DNA from: Candidatus Bipolaricaulota bacterium
GTDB taxonomy: Bacteria; Bipolaricaulota; Bipolaricaulia; UBA7950; UBA9294
Assembly (NCBI GenBank): GCA_040752575.1
Contig: JBFMGK010000028.1
Coordinates: 1-39,583, forward strand
Direction: 5' to 3'
Length of the DNA stretch: 39,583 bases
Shown here: piece after piece, positions 17,372 through 26,671 of the stretch
Layout of the letters: each line of letters starts with the position of its first letter
Position numbering within the stretch: the stretch's first letter is position 1
Made by a program: the position numbers and the translations under genes
The notes under the pieces: model-generated
The model's input: the letters and a program-made list of their open reading frames with translations, nothing else
The model's database searches: none
Told to the model about the DNA's origin: nothing

Positions 17372-17400
17372 ACCAATCACCTCATTGGTTGATACCAATC
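17370..17400. promoter_or_regulatory. Probable MocR operator
   Basis: ATACCAATC direct repeats at 17370-17378 and 17392-17400 plus inverted ATTGGT at 17384-17389; -10 TATGCT on the minus strand at 17408-17403. Confidence 0.65.
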
Positions 17401-17541
17401 TAAGCATAGCGATGGAACGGACGCTTGTCCATCCCTCGGCTTCGGACGTCGGCTGAGCGGCCGATGCGGAGGGCGTTCATGGACCGGGTCACCCGTTGTG
17501 GGTAGTCTGGAAGATCGGTTGGCGTTCCGGGAGGAGGTACG

Positions 17542-19965
17542 GTGGCTGACGTCCTGATTGTCGACGACGAGCGAAGCATCCGCGCAACGCTGGCGGAGTT
17601 CATCCAGATGGACGGCCACCAGGTTCGCACGGCCGAGAACTCTGCGGAGGCCTTGAGGTTGCTCGCCGAGCGTGCGGCCGACGTCGTCGTCACCGACATT
17701 CTCCTTCCCGGCATGGATGGGGTTGAACTCCTTCGCCGCGTGCACGGTATGCAGCCGACAACCCAGTTCATCGTCATCACGGGCGAGCCCACGGTCGAGA
17801 CGGCGGCGGAAGCCGTCCGGCAGGGGGCGTTCGACTATCTCTCCAAGCCCATCTACGGCGACGCGATCCAGGCTGCCGTGCTGCGCGCCGCGCGCGCCAA
17901 GACGCTGATCGACGAGCGGCGGCGGCTCGAAGCGGAGAACGAGCAGTACCGTGAACACCTCGAGGAGGAAGTCGAACGCAAGACGCGAGCCCTTCAGGAG
18001 AGCGAAGAGCGTCATCGCGCGGTGATCGAGAACGCCGTCGAGGCCATCCTTGTGGCTCAGGATGGCTTCATTCGTTTCGCAAATCCTGCCGCCACATTGC
18101 TCTCGGGGTTCTCGCTTGACGCCCTCATGGCCCGGCCGTTCCTTGAGATGGTTCACCCCGACGACCGGCCTCTGATCGAGCAACGATACCGGGAGCGACT
18201 AGAAGGTACCCGTCCCACCGGGCCCTACGCATTTCGCATCCTGCGGAACGACGGCGAAGAGCGCTGGGCCGAGGTTCGCGCTGTCCGTTTCGAGTGGGAC
18301 GGCGCTCCCGCCACGCTGAGCTTCCTGCGCGACGTGACGCAGGAACGGGCGGCTCGCCTGCACGAGGAGATAAGGCGCAGACAGATCGAGTCGCTGACAC
18401 GTGCTCTCGTCGAGATCGCCGTCAGTCCGCGGTTCAACGCCCCGGACCTCGACGCCGCTTATCGCGAGGCCACGGAGATCGCTGCGGTTCAACTGGACGT
18501 CGAGCGCGTGAGCGTGTGGCGTTTCGCGGGAGACGGCGAACACGCCCGCTGCGTGGAGCTGTACGAGCGCGGAGCCCGAAGGCACTCCAGCGGTGCCCCG
18601 GAGCTCCTCGACCCCCACCCGCGGTATTCGGCCGCGCTGCACGTCGAACGTGTGATTGCCGCGGGAGACGCAGTCCACGACCCGCGGACGTCGGAGTTCG
18701 CTCCGGACTACTTTCGTCCTCTCGGCATTGGTGCGACGCTCGATGCGGGGATTCGCCGTGGGGGCATGTTGGTTGGGATCCTTTGCTGCGAGCATGTCGG
18801 TGGGCCGCGGGCTTGGACGGCCGAGGAAGCGGAGTTCGCCGGCTCTCTGGCCGGCCTCGTGGCGGTTGCCCTCGAGGCGGACGAGCGCCGCCGCGCGGAG
18901 GCTGCGCTGGAGCGGCGCGAGCTCGAGTATCGGAGCCTGTTCGAGGACTCGCCCGTGTCTCTGTTCGTCGAGGACTTTTCGCGGATCCAAAGGTCGTTTG
19001 AGTCTCTCCGTGCTCAGGGGGTTGTCGACCTCGGCGCGTATCTCGACGCGCACCCTGAGGTCATCGATGAGCTGATCGCCTCGATCGCTGTGGTCGACGT
19101 GAACGAAGCCGCCGTGCGGCTGCATGGGGCGAAGAATAAGCAGGACCTGTTGGCTCGGGTCGCCGATCACTTTCATCCCGCGTCCAAACCCGACTTCCGG
19201 AGCCGATTGCTCTCCATCTGGCGCGGTGAGCGACTGTTCGACGTGACCACCGTAGATACGACGCTCGATGGCAAGGAGCTCTTCACCGCCCTGCGCTGGA
19301 GCATCCCTCCCGGCCGCGAAGAAACCTTGGATCAGGTCCTTCTGGCAAAGACTGACATCACGAGCCTCGTCGAGAGCGAGAGCCGGATCCGTCGGGCGCT
19401 GGACGGGACGATCGAGGCGATCGGCCGCGCGACGGAGACGCGCGACCCCTACACCGCGGGCCACCAGCGCCGCGTGACGGAGCTTGCGGTGCCCATCGCG
19501 GAGGTGCTAGGGCTCTCCGAGGACCGCGTTGCCGCAACGCACGCCGCCGGTCTCCTCCACGACATCGGCAAGCTGTCGATCCCGGCGGAGATCCTCACCA
19601 AGCCGAGCCGTCTGTCTCCGATGGAGACAGCTCTGATTCGCGTGCACCCGCAGTCCGCGTACGACATCCTGAAGACGGTTGAGTTCCCTTGGCCGATTGC
19701 CGAGATCGTCCTCCAGCATCACGAGCGTCTGGATGGGTCAGGCTATCCTCTCGGTCTGCGCGGCGGCGAGATTCTCCTCGAGGCGAGGATCCTGGCGGTG
19801 GCCGACGTCGTGGAGGCCATGGCCTCGCATCGACCTTATCGCCCAGCTTTGGGCATCGAAGCGGCACTGGACGAAGTCAAGCGGGGCCGAGCCACGCTGT
19901 ACGACGCCGGCGTGGTCGATGCCTGTCTCGAGCTGTTCCGCGACCACGGCTTTCGGTTCAGCTAG
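17542..19965 (+). CDS. Response regulator HD-GYP phosphodiesterase (REC-PAS-GAF-PAS-HD-GYP)
   Basis: LIVDDE/TDILLPGMDG/KP receiver; PAS; GAF (CCEHVG.PR.W); RDPYT.GHQ, HDIGK, HHERLDGSGYP, RPYR. Confidence 0.93.
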   Translation: MADVLIVDDERSIRATLAEFIQMDGHQVRTAENSAEALRLLAERAADVVVTDILLPGMDGVELLRRVHGMQPTTQFIVITGEPTVETAAEAVRQGAFDYLSKPIYGDAIQAAVLRAARAKTLIDERRRLEAENEQYREHLEEEVERKTRALQESEERHRAVIENAVEAILVAQDGFIRFANPAATLLSGFSLDALMARPFLEMVHPDDRPLIEQRYRERLEGTRPTGPYAFRILRNDGEERWAEVRAVRFEWDGAPATLSFLRDVTQERAARLHEEIRRRQIESLTRALVEIAVSPRFNAPDLDAAYREATEIAAVQLDVERVSVWRFAGDGEHARCVELYERGARRHSSGAPELLDPHPRYSAALHVERVIAAGDAVHDPRTSEFAPDYFRPLGIGATLDAGIRRGGMLVGILCCEHVGGPRAWTAEEAEFAGSLAGLVAVALEADERRRAEAALERRELEYRSLFEDSPVSLFVEDFSRIQRSFESLRAQGVVDLGAYLDAHPEVIDELIASIAVVDVNEAAVRLHGAKNKQDLLARVADHFHPASKPDFRSRLLSIWRGERLFDVTTVDTTLDGKELFTALRWSIPPGREETLDQVLLAKTDITSLVESESRIRRALDGTIEAIGRATETRDPYTAGHQRRVTELAVPIAEVLGLSEDRVAATHAAGLLHDIGKLSIPAEILTKPSRLSPMETALIRVHPQSAYDILKTVEFPWPIAEIVLQHHERLDGSGYPLGLRGGEILLEARILAVADVVEAMASHRPYRPALGIEAALDEVKRGRATLYDAGVVDACLELFRDHGFRFS

Positions 19966-19972
19966 GGCACGG

Positions 19973-20476
19973 TCATGTCGGTGCCCGCTCGGCGCGCCAG
20001 AAGCCGAGTCGGCGGACCGACGAGGACTCGACCCGCTCGTTGTCGGACGCGAACACGAAGCGGGCCTCAACGACGGCCCCCGCGAGGACGAGAGGCAACC
20101 AGTGCGGATCATCACTCCACATCGTTCCGAACGGAAGTTCGTCCACCGCGAACCAGCGAGGGTGCATCTCTTCCGACGCCTCGGGTTTTCCACTCCACCT
20201 CTCGAGGACGAAAACCTGCACGTCGTGGTCCCATTCCTGTGCCTCGGGGAAGAGGTAGACGAGATGACCGGCGGGAAGAAGGTCCTCAGGCGACGCCCGG
20301 AGCGAGCACTCCTCGAGCAGCTCGCGGACCGCGGCGTCACGCGGCGCCTCGCCAGGCGCCATCTTGCCGCCGAATCCGTTCCACTTCCCAACGCCGAAAC
20401 CCCTCTGCTTTTCGCCCAACAAGACCGTCGGCCGATCTCCTGCAAGGAGAGGAAAGACAAGTGTCGCGCGCTTCAT
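19973..20476 (-). CDS. NUDIX hydrolase, 8-oxo-dGTP diphosphatase (MTH1-like)
   Basis: RGFGVGKWNGFGGK, GE....AAVRELLEE Nudix box, SEEM.P.WF, MWSDD..W. Confidence 0.9.
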   Translation of the reverse strand: MKRATLVFPLLAGDRPTVLLGEKQRGFGVGKWNGFGGKMAPGEAPRDAAVRELLEECSLRASPEDLLPAGHLVYLFPEAQEWDHDVQVFVLERWSGKPEASEEMHPRWFAVDELPFGTMWSDDPHWLPLVLAGAVVEARFVFASDNERVESSSVRRLGFWRAERAPT

Positions 20477-20571
20477 GGCACCCCCGCAGGGAGCATAGCG
20501 TCTCCCCGCGTTCGGCGCATGCGAACGCTGGGAGGGGGCGCTAGAATCGACGCCGTCCGCGGGAGGTAGCG

Positions 20572-21930
20572 ATGGAGAGCGTTCTCGTACGGGGAGGAAT
20601 CGTCGTCGATGCGGGTCAACGGCTTCGCGCGGACATCCTGGTGCGGGGCGGCGTCGTCGAGCGCGTCGGGGCCGGCCTTCGCGATCGGGCCGACCGCGTC
20701 GTCGAGGCGGACGGCTGCCTGGTCCTTCCCGGAGTCCTGGATGTACACACCCACCCCGTGTACCTGGACGATCTCGAAAGCCTCCCCGTGACGGCCGCGC
20801 ATGGCGGGGTGACCACGGTCCTCCACTACGCCTACGCGAGGCCGGGGCAGGGTCTCGTGGACACCTTGCAGCGTTTCCGCGAAGAGGCGTCTTCCGTGTC
20901 GATTCTCGACTTCGGGCTTCACGGCGGTCTGTTCGAACCGAAACGGCAGGCTGACGAGATCCCCGCCGCGGTTTCCCTTGGGGTCACGTCGTTCAAGCTG
21001 TTCATGACGTACGCCAAGCTGGGCTGGATGACCGACGACTACCAGCTCCAGAGGACACTTGACCTCGCCGCCCGCTCAAGCGCCCTGGTTGCCGTCCACG
21101 CTGAGAACGGTCTTGCGACCGACTACCTCGAGGATGCAATGAACGCGGCGGGGCAAGATCCGATCGAGACGTTCATGGCCACGCGCCCGGCCGTTCTCGA
21201 GGCCGAGGCCGTTCATCGAGCGATGGCCATGGCTGCCGTAGCCGGAGCGGCGCTCTACATTCCTCACGTGAGCGCGGCTCCTGCCCTCGACGAGATCACA
21301 CGCGCACGCTCCCGCGGATGGTGGGTTTACGCCGAGACGTGTCCGCAGTATCTCACGCTCACGAATCGCGACCTCCTCGAGAAGAAGGCGCTACTAAAAA
21401 TCGGGCCGCCGCTGCGCGAAGACGGCGATCGCGAGGCTCTCTGGCGTGGGCTCGCCGAGGGGCAAGTCGACGTCATCGCGAGCGACCACGCCGCCAAGGA
21501 CAAGCGGGCACAGGACGACTTCTTTGCCGCCCCGTTCGGGACGCCGCAGACGGAGACGATGCTTCCGCTGATCTACAGCGAGGGCGTCGCGAAGGGGAGG
21601 CTGTCGATCGAGAGGCTTGTCCAGACGCTGTGCGAGAATCCGGCCAAGATCTTCGGGCTCTTCCCGCGCAAGGGAACGCTTCGTCCCGGATCGGACGCCG
21701 ATCTGGTCGTCCTCGACCCGCGGCAAGAGGACGTGGTCGCCCACGCGACGCAGCACTCGCGCGCGTCGTACACCGCATACGAAGGATGGCGCGTTGCCGG
21801 CCGCGTGACCCTGACGATGCGGCGCGGCGAGGTTCTGGTCGAGGACGGCGTCTGCCGGAACGTTTCGCGGGGGAGGTTCCTCGAAACGTCGGCCGGCCGT
21901 GTCGATCCGGCAGCGCTTCGGTCGCCGTGA
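20572..21930 (+). CDS. Cyclic amidohydrolase, dihydropyrimidinase/hydantoinase-like
   Basis: PGVLDVHTH, GGVTT, SFKLFMTY (carbamylated Lys), VHAEN, HVS, ETCPQYL, SDHA, NPAKIFGLFPRKG. Confidence 0.85.
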   Translation: MESVLVRGGIVVDAGQRLRADILVRGGVVERVGAGLRDRADRVVEADGCLVLPGVLDVHTHPVYLDDLESLPVTAAHGGVTTVLHYAYARPGQGLVDTLQRFREEASSVSILDFGLHGGLFEPKRQADEIPAAVSLGVTSFKLFMTYAKLGWMTDDYQLQRTLDLAARSSALVAVHAENGLATDYLEDAMNAAGQDPIETFMATRPAVLEAEAVHRAMAMAAVAGAALYIPHVSAAPALDEITRARSRGWWVYAETCPQYLTLTNRDLLEKKALLKIGPPLREDGDREALWRGLAEGQVDVIASDHAAKDKRAQDDFFAAPFGTPQTETMLPLIYSEGVAKGRLSIERLVQTLCENPAKIFGLFPRKGTLRPGSDADLVVLDPRQEDVVAHATQHSRASYTAYEGWRVAGRVTLTMRRGEVLVEDGVCRNVSRGRFLETSAGRVDPAALRSP

Positions 21931-21949
21931 GGTCAAGAGGAGGACGCGA

Positions 21950-22882
21950 ATGAGACTGGCAGCCAAGGATGTACTCAAGGCGGAGCAGTTCACGATCGAT
22001 GAGATCGAGGGGATCTGCGAGAAGGCGGCGACTTACGAGGCTGCGTTGGCCTCCGGGCAGCCTCTCGGGATCCTTCGCGGGAAGGTTCTCGCCACGCTGT
22101 TCTTCGAGCCCAGCACCCGGACGCGCCTGTCTTTCGAAACCGCCATGCTGCGTCTTGGCGGAAGCGTGGTGAGCGTGGCCGATGCGCGCAGCACGTCAGC
22201 GGCCAAGGGCGAGACTCTGCAAGACACGATTCGCACCGTCGAGGGGTATGCCGATGGGATCGTCGTGAGGCACCCCGACGTGGGCTCAGCCGAGGTGGCC
22301 GCGCGCGCGACGCGGCGCCCGGTCCTGAACGCTGGCGACGGTGCGGGAGAGCATCCGACGCAGTCCTTGCTCGATGTCTACACGCTGCGCAAGGAACAGG
22401 GACGCGTCGAGGGTCTGTCGATCGCTCTGGTCGGCGACCTGCGGCACGGTCGAACGGTCCACTCGCTCGCGACGCTCCTCGCGAACTACCGCGTGTCCAT
22501 CGTGCTGGTGTCGCCCGCCGCCTTAAGGATGCCGGAGGACGTCGTGCGCCGCGTGCGCGCGCGCGGCGTAGAGGTTGCCGAGACCGAGACGCTCGAGAAG
22601 GCCGTCTCGTCGTGCGACGTGATCTACATGACGCGGATCCAAAAGGAGAGGTTCTCGGATCCCGCCGAAGCCGAGCGGCTCCAAGACGCCTACATCTTGA
22701 CGCGTGCCGGGCTCCGGACGGCCAAGCCCTCGATCACGGTCATGCACCCTCTTCCGCGGGTTCACGAGATCGCGACCGACGTCGATGAGCATCCAGGCGC
22801 CGCCTACTTCCGGCAGTCGGCGAATGGAGTCCCCGTTCGTATGGCGCTCCTTTCGATGCTTCTCGCTCCGGCGTCAGACTAG
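21950..22882 (+). CDS. pyrB: Aspartate carbamoyltransferase catalytic subunit
   Basis: FFEPSTRTRLSFE, KGET, NAGDG..EHPTQ, GDLRHGRTVHSL, TRIQKER, HPLPR; SD GAGGAGG. Confidence 0.93.
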   Translation: MRLAAKDVLKAEQFTIDEIEGICEKAATYEAALASGQPLGILRGKVLATLFFEPSTRTRLSFETAMLRLGGSVVSVADARSTSAAKGETLQDTIRTVEGYADGIVVRHPDVGSAEVAARATRRPVLNAGDGAGEHPTQSLLDVYTLRKEQGRVEGLSIALVGDLRHGRTVHSLATLLANYRVSIVLVSPAALRMPEDVVRRVRARGVEVAETETLEKAVSSCDVIYMTRIQKERFSDPAEAERLQDAYILTRAGLRTAKPSITVMHPLPRVHEIATDVDEHPGAAYFRQSANGVPVRMALLSMLLAPASD

Positions 22883-25104
22883 CCGCGCCCGGCGCGACGG
22901 AGCACGAGAGCATCGGACATCGCTGCCGTGTCGACGACGATGTGTGAGTTCTCGCCGATCTCTCCGTCGACGATCTTCTTTGCGAGCGGATTCTCGACAA
23001 GGCGCTTCATGGCCCGCGCAAGCGGGCGAGCGCCGTAGTGGGGGTCGAATCCGGCCCTTGCGAGAACGCGCTTGGCCTCTGGTGTGATCGAGAGGCTCAG
23101 CCCCTGAGATGCAAGCCGCTCGTTGAGGTCGGCGACCTTAAGGTCGACGATCTTCTCGATCGCCTCCGGGGACAGGGGGTGGAAGATGATCGTCTCGTCG
23201 ATTCGGTTGAGGAACTCGGGTCGGAACGCTCTCTTGAGCTGCGCCTCGATGCCGTTGCGAATCTCCGCGTCGCTCGCATCGGTTTGAAACAGCTCGCCGC
23301 CGATGTTCGACGTCATGATGAGCAGCGTATGGCGGAAGTCCACCGTGCGCCCGTGGCCGTCGGTCAGGCGTCCCTCATCCAGGAGCTGCAGGAGGATATT
23401 CATCACCTGCGGGTGTGCCTTCTCGATCTCGTCGAACAGGATGACCTGGTATGGGCGTCGGCGCACGGCCTCCGTGAGCTGGCCGCCCTCCTCGTAGCCG
23501 ATGTACCCGGGAGGCGATCCGATGAGGCGGGCCACGGCGTGCTGCTCCATGTACTCGGACATATCGATCCGCAGGAGAGACTGGTCGGTGCCGAACAAGA
23601 ATGCGGCGAGCGACTTGGCGAGTTCCGTCTTGCCGACGCCCGTCGGTCCGAGGAACAGGAACGTACCGATCGGACGCCGCGGGTCCGCAAGGCCGGCGCG
23701 CGAGTGCCGAACGGCTTCGGCGATGGCTCGGACTCCTTCCTCCTGGTCGATGACGCGCCGGTGAAGCTCCGCCTCCATCGACCCGAGACGGGAGCGCTCC
23801 TCCTCGAGCATTCGTTCTGCTGGAATTCCCGTCCATTGCGAGACCAGCGCCGCGATCTCCGCCTCTGTGACTGCGTCGCCCGTCCCGTTCACCCGAATCC
23901 GGCTCGCCGCTTCGTCGACGAGGTCGATGGCCTTGTCCGGCAGGTAGCGGTCCGAGATATACCGCTCCGAGAGCCGTGCCGCCGCGTCGAGCGCCGCGTC
24001 GCCGATCTTCACGCGGTGATGGGACTCGAGCGTTTCGCGCAGCCCCCGAAGGATCTGCAGAGTCTCCTCGATCGAGGGTTCGCGAACGAAGACCTTCTGG
24101 AACCTGCGCTCGAACGCCGAGTCCTTCTCCACGTGCTCGCGGTACTCGTCGAGCGTTGTCGCGCCGATGAGTTGGAACTTGCCGCGCGAGAGAGGCTCCT
24201 TGAGCATGTTGGAGGCGTCGATGGCGCCCTCGGCTGCGCCGGCGCCTACCAGCGTGTGAATCTCATCGACGAACAGGATCGTCTGCCCGGCATGGGCTTC
24301 GATCTCGCGGATCACGGCCTTGAGACGGTCCTCGAACTCCCCGCGGAATTTCGATCCGGCCACCATGGCCGCGATGTCGAGGGCCACGATCTCTTTGCCC
24401 TTCAACGTCTCCGGGACATCGCCCGACGCGATGCGCTGGGCGAGCCCCTCGACGACGGCCGTCTTCCCGACGCCCGGTTCACCGATCAAGACAGGGTTGT
24501 TCTTCCGACGGCGTGAGAGGATCTGCTCCATGCGGAGGATTTCCTCGTCGCGCCCGATCACGGGATCGAGCTCGCCTCGCTCCGCCTTCTCCGTGAGGTC
24601 GGTGGAGTACTTCTTCAGAATCTGATACCGCTCCTCGGACGCGGGATCCGTGAGACGCTGCTCTCCGCGCACCTCGCGCAACGAGGTGTAGATGGCCTCT
24701 GGAGTGATCTGGTGCCGGCCCAAGACGCGGCGGAGCTGGGGATCCGTCGCCCGACTGATCGCAAGGAGGAGGTGGTCGCAGCCGATGTACTCGTCATGGA
24801 GGCGATCCGCCTCCATCTGCGCCGCGGTCACGACGGCATCGAGCCGCGGCGTGATGTACACCTGCCCGCCGAGAGTCCCGGCGACCGCGGGCTTGGCCTT
24901 CAGAAGAACGTCGAGATCCTTGGCCAAGGCTTCGAGCTTCACGCCCATGGCCTGGAGAATCTCGCGGCCCACACCCTCGGTGCTAACGAGGATCGCCGCG
25001 ATGTGCTCCACGTCAAGCTGGTTGTGCTTGTACCGCGAGAGGACGTCCTGCGCCTGGCGGAAGACCTCCTGCGCTCCCTCCGTCATCTTGTCGAATCGGA
25101 TCAT
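22879..25104 (-). CDS. Hsp100/Clp AAA+ ATPase, ClpB-like, lacking the middle domain
   Basis: Clp_N repeats; GEPGVGKT and GPTGVGKT Walker [41 protein letters not shown] before ATG 25104. Confidence 0.92.
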   Translation of the reverse strand: MIRFDKMTEGAQEVFRQAQDVLSRYKHNQLDVEHIAAILVSTEGVGREILQAMGVKLEALAKDLDVLLKAKPAVAGTLGGQVYITPRLDAVVTAAQMEADRLHDEYIGCDHLLLAISRATDPQLRRVLGRHQITPEAIYTSLREVRGEQRLTDPASEERYQILKKYSTDLTEKAERGELDPVIGRDEEILRMEQILSRRRKNNPVLIGEPGVGKTAVVEGLAQRIASGDVPETLKGKEIVALDIAAMVAGSKFRGEFEDRLKAVIREIEAHAGQTILFVDEIHTLVGAGAAEGAIDASNMLKEPLSRGKFQLIGATTLDEYREHVEKDSAFERRFQKVFVREPSIEETLQILRGLRETLESHHRVKIGDAALDAAARLSERYISDRYLPDKAIDLVDEAASRIRVNGTGDAVTEAEIAALVSQWTGIPAERMLEEERSRLGSMEAELHRRVIDQEEGVRAIAEAVRHSRAGLADPRRPIGTFLFLGPTGVGKTELAKSLAAFLFGTDQSLLRIDMSEYMEQHAVARLIGSPPGYIGYEEGGQLTEAVRRRPYQVILFDEIEKAHPQVMNILLQLLDEGRLTDGHGRTVDFRHTLLIMTSNIGGELFQTDASDAEIRNGIEAQLKRAFRPEFLNRIDETIIFHPLSPEAIEKIVDLKVADLNERLASQGLSLSITPEAKRVLARAGFDPHYGARPLARAMKRLVENPLAKKIVDGEIGENSHIVVDTAAMSDALVLRRAGRG

Positions 25105-25119
25105 CGCGTTCACCTCGTA

Positions 25120-25146
25120 TTAGCAGTTGCTCTATCCGACTGCTAA
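25120..25146 (-). promoter_or_regulatory. CIRCE element (HrcA operator)
   Basis: TTAGCAGTC-N9-AACTGCTAA on the minus strand vs consensus TTAGCACTC-N9-GAGTGCTAA, between the promoter and the clp SD. Confidence 0.88.
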
Positions 25147-25150
25147 CCGG

Positions 25151-25179
25151 AGTGTAGGTCCCTCCTCCAGCAAAGTCAA
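25151..25179 (-). promoter_or_regulatory. sigma70 promoter of the clp gene
   Basis: TTGACT (25179-25174) - 17 nt - TACACT (25156-25151). Confidence 0.8.
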
Positions 25180-25192
25180 GCTCCGAGAGGGT

Positions 25193-25975
25193 CTAGCGAA
25201 ACGCCTTGATGACCATGTTGACGGCGGCGTAGAGAAGAACCAGGGCGAACACCTGCCGCAGTCGTCGGCGCGGGATGCGCTTCGAGATGACCGGACCGAA
25301 CTGAGCTCCGACCACCGTTCCAACGACAAGGGGCAGAACCAAGTCAAGCCGCACGTTGCCCTGAGCGAAGTGTGTGAGCGCACCGACGACCGAGGACGGA
25401 ACCATGACAAACAGACTGGTTGCAATCGCCGGCCGGATGTCGAGGCCGAGAAAGAGGATGAGCGAGGGAACCATGATCGTCCCACTGCCGATCCCCAGCA
25501 GACCCGAAGCCAGCCCGGCGACGAGTCCGATCGCGGCACCAGTCACCACCCATCGCGTGCCGCGCGTCTCTCGGGCACCGGTGATGGAGATTTCGCTCGT
25601 CGTCTTCCCGCGAAGCATGGTCGCAATCGGGTACAGGAGCATGGCCGCGAAGGCGACTGCCAGCCAGCGGGAGTCGATGACCGAGGTCAACTTTGCGCCG
25701 GCCCACGTTCCCAGAATGCTTGTCGCGACGATGGAAAGCCCGGCTCTGTAGGAGATCGTGCGTCGGAGGGCATAGGCCACGGCAGCCGAAATGCTGGTGA
25801 CGACGATGGTCGCGATGCTTGTGCCTGCAGCTTGCTGGACGGTGCCGACGAGGGACGTCAGCGTGAGCAACGGTACGATGAAGATTCCGCCGCCCACCCC
25901 AAGAAGACTGGAGAGGACTCCAATGCCGAGACCGGCGGCGCTGAGCCACGCGAACAGGCCAGGTTCGAACGTCAT
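25193..25975 (-). CDS. TauE/SafE (TSUP) sulfite-exporter family membrane protein
   Basis: LLGVGGGIFIVP...A.GTS and GLLGIGSG.IMVP...AIATS internal repeats. Confidence 0.9.
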   Translation of the reverse strand: MTFEPGLFAWLSAAGLGIGVLSSLLGVGGGIFIVPLLTLTSLVGTVQQAAGTSIATIVVTSISAAVAYALRRTISYRAGLSIVATSILGTWAGAKLTSVIDSRWLAVAFAAMLLYPIATMLRGKTTSEISITGARETRGTRWVVTGAAIGLVAGLASGLLGIGSGTIMVPSLILFLGLDIRPAIATSLFVMVPSSVVGALTHFAQGNVRLDLVLPLVVGTVVGAQFGPVISKRIPRRRLRQVFALVLLYAAVNMVIKAFR

Positions 25976-26077
25976 GGTCCCTGACTATACGCGACCCGCG
26001 GTTCAAGAGCCTTCCTCGCTGGACGCTCCGCGTCGCGAGCGCTAGAGTCGGTAGAAGATCCGAAAGGGGGACAAGGC

Positions 26078-26671
26078 ATGCCGGTTCCCACGCGGGAAGA
26101 AGCTCTCGCGCTCCTTCGGGAGTACAACGCGAACGAGAGCCTGATCAAACATGCGTTGGCCGTCGAGGCGACGATGCGCCACATGGCGCGGCTCCGTGGT
26201 CAAGACGAGGACTTCTGGGGCGCGGTGGGGATCGTCCATGACCTCGACTACGAGCGGTCTCCTTCTTCCCATCCGCACGAGGGGGCGAGGATCCTTCGCG
26301 AACGCGGATGGCCTGAGGAAGCCGTCCACGCCGTGCTCTCGCACGCGTGGGGCATGGGAAGCGACGTCGAGCCCGTCCACGTGATGGAGAAGATCCTCTA
26401 CGCGATCGATGAACTCACGGGCCTCGTTACGGCTGCGGTGCTCGTCCGCCCGTCGCGCGACCTGCGCGACCTCACGGTGTCGTCGCTCAAGAAGAAGTGG
26501 AAGGACAAGGGGTTCGCAGCAGGGGCGAACCGCGACGTGATCGCGCGTGGCGCGGAGATGCTGGGTCTTGAACTCGATGCGCTCATGTCCGACGTCCTCG
26601 ACGGAATGCGAGCGGCAGCCGATGTGCTAGAACTGGATGGTAGGTTCGCGGGAGGTGGTTCCGGTGCATAA
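26078..26671 (+). CDS. HD/HDIG domain protein
   Basis: KHALAVE, HDLDYE, H, AVLSH, DELTGLV, KKKWKDKGFAAGANR. Confidence 0.87.
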   Translation: MPVPTREEALALLREYNANESLIKHALAVEATMRHMARLRGQDEDFWGAVGIVHDLDYERSPSSHPHEGARILRERGWPEEAVHAVLSHAWGMGSDVEPVHVMEKILYAIDELTGLVTAAVLVRPSRDLRDLTVSSLKKKWKDKGFAAGANRDVIARGAEMLGLELDALMSDVLDGMRAAADVLELDGRFAGGGSGA

